A stretch of 63,990 nt of DNA, the filler included, from a bacterium (GTDB lineage: Bacteria; JALSQH01), in assembly GCA_027004335.1 (NCBI GenBank). It is 9 parts of 9 records of this genome, joined end to end, with 100 filler letters (N's around TTAATTAATTAA, not from the genome) between each part and the next. Parts side by side here need not be neighbours in the genome. Positions count along the whole stretch, not along the records: positions 60,457 to 63,990 come from JALTID010000111.1; 8 more parts are not named here. One strand, written 5' to 3'. Position 1 is the stretch's first letter. Each line of letters begins with the position of its first letter. The notes below the pieces were generated by a model. That model did no database searches. It was given only the letters and a program-made list of their open reading frames with translations, and was not told the DNA's origin. Shown piece by piece: positions 60,458 to 63,990 of this stretch. Position numbers and translations under genes: made by a program.

Positions 60458-62467
60458 TGTGGGGTTATAGATCCTGGCAGAAAAATTTCTGTAAGGTTTT
60501 CTGGAAACAGATATTTTCCTGATGAGGAATTGTTTTTCTATCTTGGTTTGAACAAAGTAAATAGAATTTCCCCTGGTAAGATTGAAATATTTCGGAAAAA
60601 ACTGGAAGATCTCTATTATAAAAATTGCTTCCCTTTTATTAAAGTTAATGTTGTTACAAAAACGGGTAAAAATAATATAACTTATACTTTTAAAATAGAA
60701 GAAGGTAATAAAATTCCTGTTTATGATGTCTTAATTACAGGGGAAACAGGTATTTCTCCTTCTTTGTTGAAAAAAAGTCTTCCTTTTAAGCCGTCTTCTA
60801 ATTTTTTAAAAAAGATTTTCACATTTTGTTATTTCCCGGAAAAGATAAAAGTTGATCGGGAATCCCTTCTGGAATTCTACAAGAAGAAGGGATATATAAA
60901 GGCGAAAGTTGATAAAGAGCGACTTTTTTTAAAAAGGGGGAAGCTTTATCTGGGAATACCTGTAAAAAGTGGACCTCGGTATATCTTTTATTCTGCTGTT
61001 ATCTCTGGAGCAGTTTTTTTAAATCAGAAATCAATTCTTCATATGCTGAGGTTAAAAAAAAGAAGTCCTTTTAATCCATATGAAGTTGAGAGATGGGCTA
61101 CTGAGTTGCAGAATCTGTATATAAACAAAGGCTTCAGAAATGCTTCAGTTAGATATCGTCTTGAGGTGCTTGGAGATTATTCTGTTATCGTGGAGTTATC
61201 AATACATGAAGGGACAAGGTACTTCTGGGGCGAAGTTTTTGTCTCAGGTAATAAAAAAGTTTCAACAAAGTTTATAAAGGAAAAAATCGGAGAAATAAAA
61301 GGGACTCCTTTTTCCAGAAATAAATTTTACCAGATATATTCTGTTCTTTATGAGACTGGCTATTTTAAAAATATTAAACTTAACACTGTGGCTCATGGGG
61401 ATAAAATTGATCTTATTGTTGAAGTGGTTGAAAAGCCAAGCAATTCAATAGACTTTTCCTTTGCCTTTGCAACTTTTGAAGGTGTAAGTCTTGATCTGCG
61501 ATTTAATACATGGTATTTCTTTGGAGGTGTTCGTAACTTAATTCTTTACAATAAAATTGAATATGATTATTCAGATATCCAGAGGATTTTTTCCACAATT
61601 GAGTATCCTTCTTATGGAGTTTTTTCAGTAACTTATAGAGAGCCTGTTCTACCCAGATATGGGATGGATTTACAACTATTTACAAGCATCGAGAGAAATA
61701 CCCGGTATATTGATTATAGCTATACTACAAAGAGGTATAATGTTAGTGTTTATAAGGAGTTTTATTCACACCGGATTAATGCAACTCTGGGTTTTGGAAG
61801 GGATTCTTATGACTTTTTTGAAATTAAAACAAGCTCTTTTACTGGTCCTTCAACATTTAAATTGGGATATATAAATTTTCTTTTTCTCAGAGACAAAAGA
61901 AATGACATTTTTATGCCCACGAAGGGAACATATCAATTTTTTTCTATTGATTGGGGTAACGACCTGCTTGGATCAGAATATAATTATTTGAGGTACACAG
62001 GAACTTTTGCATGGTACTGGCAATTGAAATTTTTTTTGGCTGACTTAGTTGTGAGGGTTGGTGAAGTTTATGCCAAAGATAAAATCCACCTTCCTGATAT
62101 TTTGAAATTTTATCTTGGCGGAGCATACTCTCTTAGAGGGTATGGGTATAACGAGATAAAAACAAAGTTAAAAGTTACTGGTGGTTCTTACCTTGAAATG
62201 GGTGGTGTGAGTACACTTAGTTACCAGTTTGATATGAATTTCCCTCTTTATAAGAGTCTTGAATGGGAGATATTTAACGATACAGGGAATGTATGGTCAA
62301 CGAATTTTATAGAAGGGGTGAAGCCTCAATTTTACTCTGGTGCTGGTTGGGGTTTGAGGTACCGAACTCCCCTCGGTCCTGTCACTTTCAATGTGGGCTA
62401 TCCCCTTTTTAGAAAAAAGGGGATAGCCCCATACAGATTCTACTTTTTTATAAGAACCTTTTTCTAA
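60458..62467 (+). CDS. BamA/TamA (Omp85) family outer-membrane protein (5'-truncated)
   Basis: Several POTRA-like repeats (Y.KKGY, Y.NKGF, LYETGYF); D.RND..MPTKG; FYLGG..SLRGY; GLRYRTPLGP; terminal Phe. Confidence 0.9.
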   Translation, partial: CGVIDPGRKISVRFSGNRYFPDEELFFYLGLNKVNRISPGKIEIFRKKLEDLYYKNCFPFIKVNVVTKTGKNNITYTFKIEEGNKIPVYDVLITGETGISPSLLKKSLPFKPSSNFLKKIFTFCYFPEKIKVDRESLLEFYKKKGYIKAKVDKERLFLKRGKLYLGIPVKSGPRYIFYSAVISGAVFLNQKSILHMLRLKKRSPFNPYEVERWATELQNLYINKGFRNASVRYRLEVLGDYSVIVELSIHEGTRYFWGEVFVSGNKKVSTKFIKEKIGEIKGTPFSRNKFYQIYSVLYETGYFKNIKLNTVAHGDKIDLIVEVVEKPSNSIDFSFAFATFEGVSLDLRFNTWYFFGGVRNLILYNKIEYDYSDIQRIFSTIEYPSYGVFSVTYREPVLPRYGMDLQLFTSIERNTRYIDYSYTTKRYNVSVYKEFYSHRINATLGFGRDSYDFFEIKTSSFTGPSTFKLGYINFLFLRDKRNDIFMPTKGTYQFFSIDWGNDLLGSEYNYLRYTGTFAWYWQLKFFLADLVVRVGEVYAKDKIHLPDILKFYLGGAYSLRGYGYNEIKTKLKVTGGSYLEMGGVSTLSYQFDMNFPLYKSLEWEIFNDTGNVWSTNFIEGVKPQFYSGAGWGLRYRTPLGPVTFNVGYPLFRKKGIAPYRFYFFIRTFF

Positions 62468-63990
62468 ACAGGCATTACTCCATGTTTCTTCTTTGGTCTC
62501 AAGACATGCTTGTTTCTTGTAAATTCGAGTGCCTTTATAAGGAGATCCCTTGTTTCTCTTGGGTCTATTACATCATCTATGTAGCCCCATCCCGCCGATT
62601 TATAAATATTTATATATGGCTTTATCTGTTCCACTACTTGTTTTTTTACATCTTCTGGCATATCAAATTTTCTTGAGATTATACCTACCATACCCTCTGC
62701 ACCCATAACAGAAATTTCTGCACCCGGGTATGCAACAATAAGGTCAGGCTCAAAGGCCCTGCCACACATAACATAGTAACCTGCACCATACGATTTTCTA
62801 ACAACGACCGAGAACTTAGGGACCGTTGCCTCTGATACTGCGTAAAGCATTTTTGCACCATGTCTTATTATCCCTTCTTTCTCTACCTTGGAACCTACCA
62901 TAAATCCTGGAACATCATGCAGAAAAAGAAGTGGAATATTGAATGCATCACAGAGCATTATAAATCTTGCAGCCTTGTCTGATGCATTCACATCAAGGGC
63001 CCCCCCCAAGAACATTGGATTGTTGGCTATTATTCCTATCGGGTAACCACCTATTCTGGCAAAGCCAACGAGTAGATTTTTAGCCCATTTAGGCTTGATC
63101 TCAAAAAAATCTCCAAAATCCACAATATATTTGATTAATCTTTTCATATTAAATGCCTGTCTGGGATTTTCCGGGACAATATCAAGAATCTTATCACTCA
63201 TATTATTGGGATCCTGTTCTGGAGGATATTCAACTTTTGGTGGAAGTTCGCCACTATGTTGGGGAAAGTAACTCAAATATTTCTTTATCACCTCCATCAT
63301 TTTTTCATCATTTTCCACTTCTAAATCTGCACAACCACTAATTTCGTTATGTACCTTAGAACCACCCAATTCCTCTTCAGTGATATCTTCATGAACTACT
63401 GCTCTTACAAGTGGGGGTCCTCCCAATGCCATGCTGCTGGTACCTTTGACCATAGGGACAAAATCTGCGAGACCGGGAATATATGCTGTTCCTGCTGCGC
63501 CTGGTCCCACCATCGCGGTAATTAATGGAACGACTCCTGACATTACAACCTCTTCCTGAAAGAGGTAACCTGTTCCTGCGAAAGCGGAAATAAAATCTGG
63601 GTGAGCACCTTTTGGATCTATTCTTGCCCCTGCTGAGTCAATTAGCCATATCATGGGCATTTTTTCTTTCAAAGCTAATTCTCTCAGTCTTGTTACTTTT
63701 GTTTCTCCTGTGGGACCAATGGAACCACCTTTTACGGTGAAATCATATGAAGCAATAGCTGCCCATCTACCGTTGATCTTTCCATATCCTGTCACAACTC
63801 CATCTGCGGGAGTATATTCATCACTCATCATAACTGTTCCATGGATACCTATTTCTAAAAATGATCCCGGATCCACCAGGAGGTCTATTCTTTCCCTCGC
63901 TGTGAGTTTTCCCCTGTCATGTTGTTTTTTTATTCTTTCTGGTCCCCCCATTTGTTTGGCTTTTTCTCTTCTCTGGCGGAGTTCTTCAAC
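62464..63990 (-). CDS. Acyl-CoA carboxylase carboxyltransferase (beta) subunit (start outside window)
   Basis: GKLTARERI, DFTVKGGS, DSAGAR, DVPGFMVG, RKSYGAG, DDVIDPRETR, KKHG.MP. Confidence 0.95.
   Translation of the reverse strand, partial: VEELRQRREKAKQMGGPERIKKQHDRGKLTARERIDLLVDPGSFLEIGIHGTVMMSDEYTPADGVVTGYGKINGRWAAIASYDFTVKGGSIGPTGETKVTRLRELALKEKMPMIWLIDSAGARIDPKGAHPDFISAFAGTGYLFQEEVVMSGVVPLITAMVGPGAAGTAYIPGLADFVPMVKGTSSMALGGPPLVRAVVHEDITEEELGGSKVHNEISGCADLEVENDEKMMEVIKKYLSYFPQHSGELPPKVEYPPEQDPNNMSDKILDIVPENPRQAFNMKRLIKYIVDFGDFFEIKPKWAKNLLVGFARIGGYPIGIIANNPMFLGGALDVNASDKAARFIMLCDAFNIPLLFLHDVPGFMVGSKVEKEGIIRHGAKMLYAVSEATVPKFSVVVRKSYGAGYYVMCGRAFEPDLIVAYPGAEISVMGAEGMVGIISRKFDMPEDVKKQVVEQIKPYINIYKSAGWGYIDDVIDPRETRDLLIKALEFTRNKHVLRPKKKHGVMPV

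Overview
This window is not continuous chromosome. It is nine unordered contigs/scaffolds of an AT-rich (roughly 36-38% GC by eye) diderm bacterial draft genome or MAG, joined by synthetic N44-TTAATTAATTAA-N44 linkers, plus two 10-N scaffold gaps. Gene content suggests a probably thermophilic relative of the former Deltaproteobacteria (inference from the tRNA cluster-tig-clpP-clpX order, XRE-pilMNOPQ, an RpoH-like sigma factor and trmI). Contig 1: HD-GYP fragment, RluA-family synthase, clpX-clpP-tig and six tRNAs. Contig 2: XRE-pilMNOPQ, SRP RNA and dnaX. Contig 3: a serine-palmitoyltransferase-like enzyme converging on an MMPL/LolA-like/outer-membrane-barrel cassette. Contig 4: a second such cassette, IclR, and a long operon (HAD, two orphans, rpoH-like, moxR, DUF58, batA-E, Zn-ribbon). 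Contig 5: two tandem, paralogous, Cys/Asp/Gly-rich orphan lipoproteins. Contig 6: an atypical Tad/Flp pilus locus, including a pilin-like gene missed by the ORF track. Contig 7: NtrC-like regulator, thiE, HEAT protein, trmI, cobB, queH. Contig 8: aldolase, an oxidoreductase pseudogene, nadK-recN-argA-pmbA-PP2C-GT3-like synthase, and a glycogen operon. Contig 9: an Omp85 protein and an acyl-CoA carboxyltransferase. I saw no CRISPR array, rRNA or transposase. The best candidates for something undescribed are the tandem lipoprotein pair, the orphan-rich Tad locus, the SPT-like enzyme beside a lipid-trafficking cassette, and the PP2C coupled to a GT3-like glycogen synthase. All calls come from motif recognition by eye; no searches were run.
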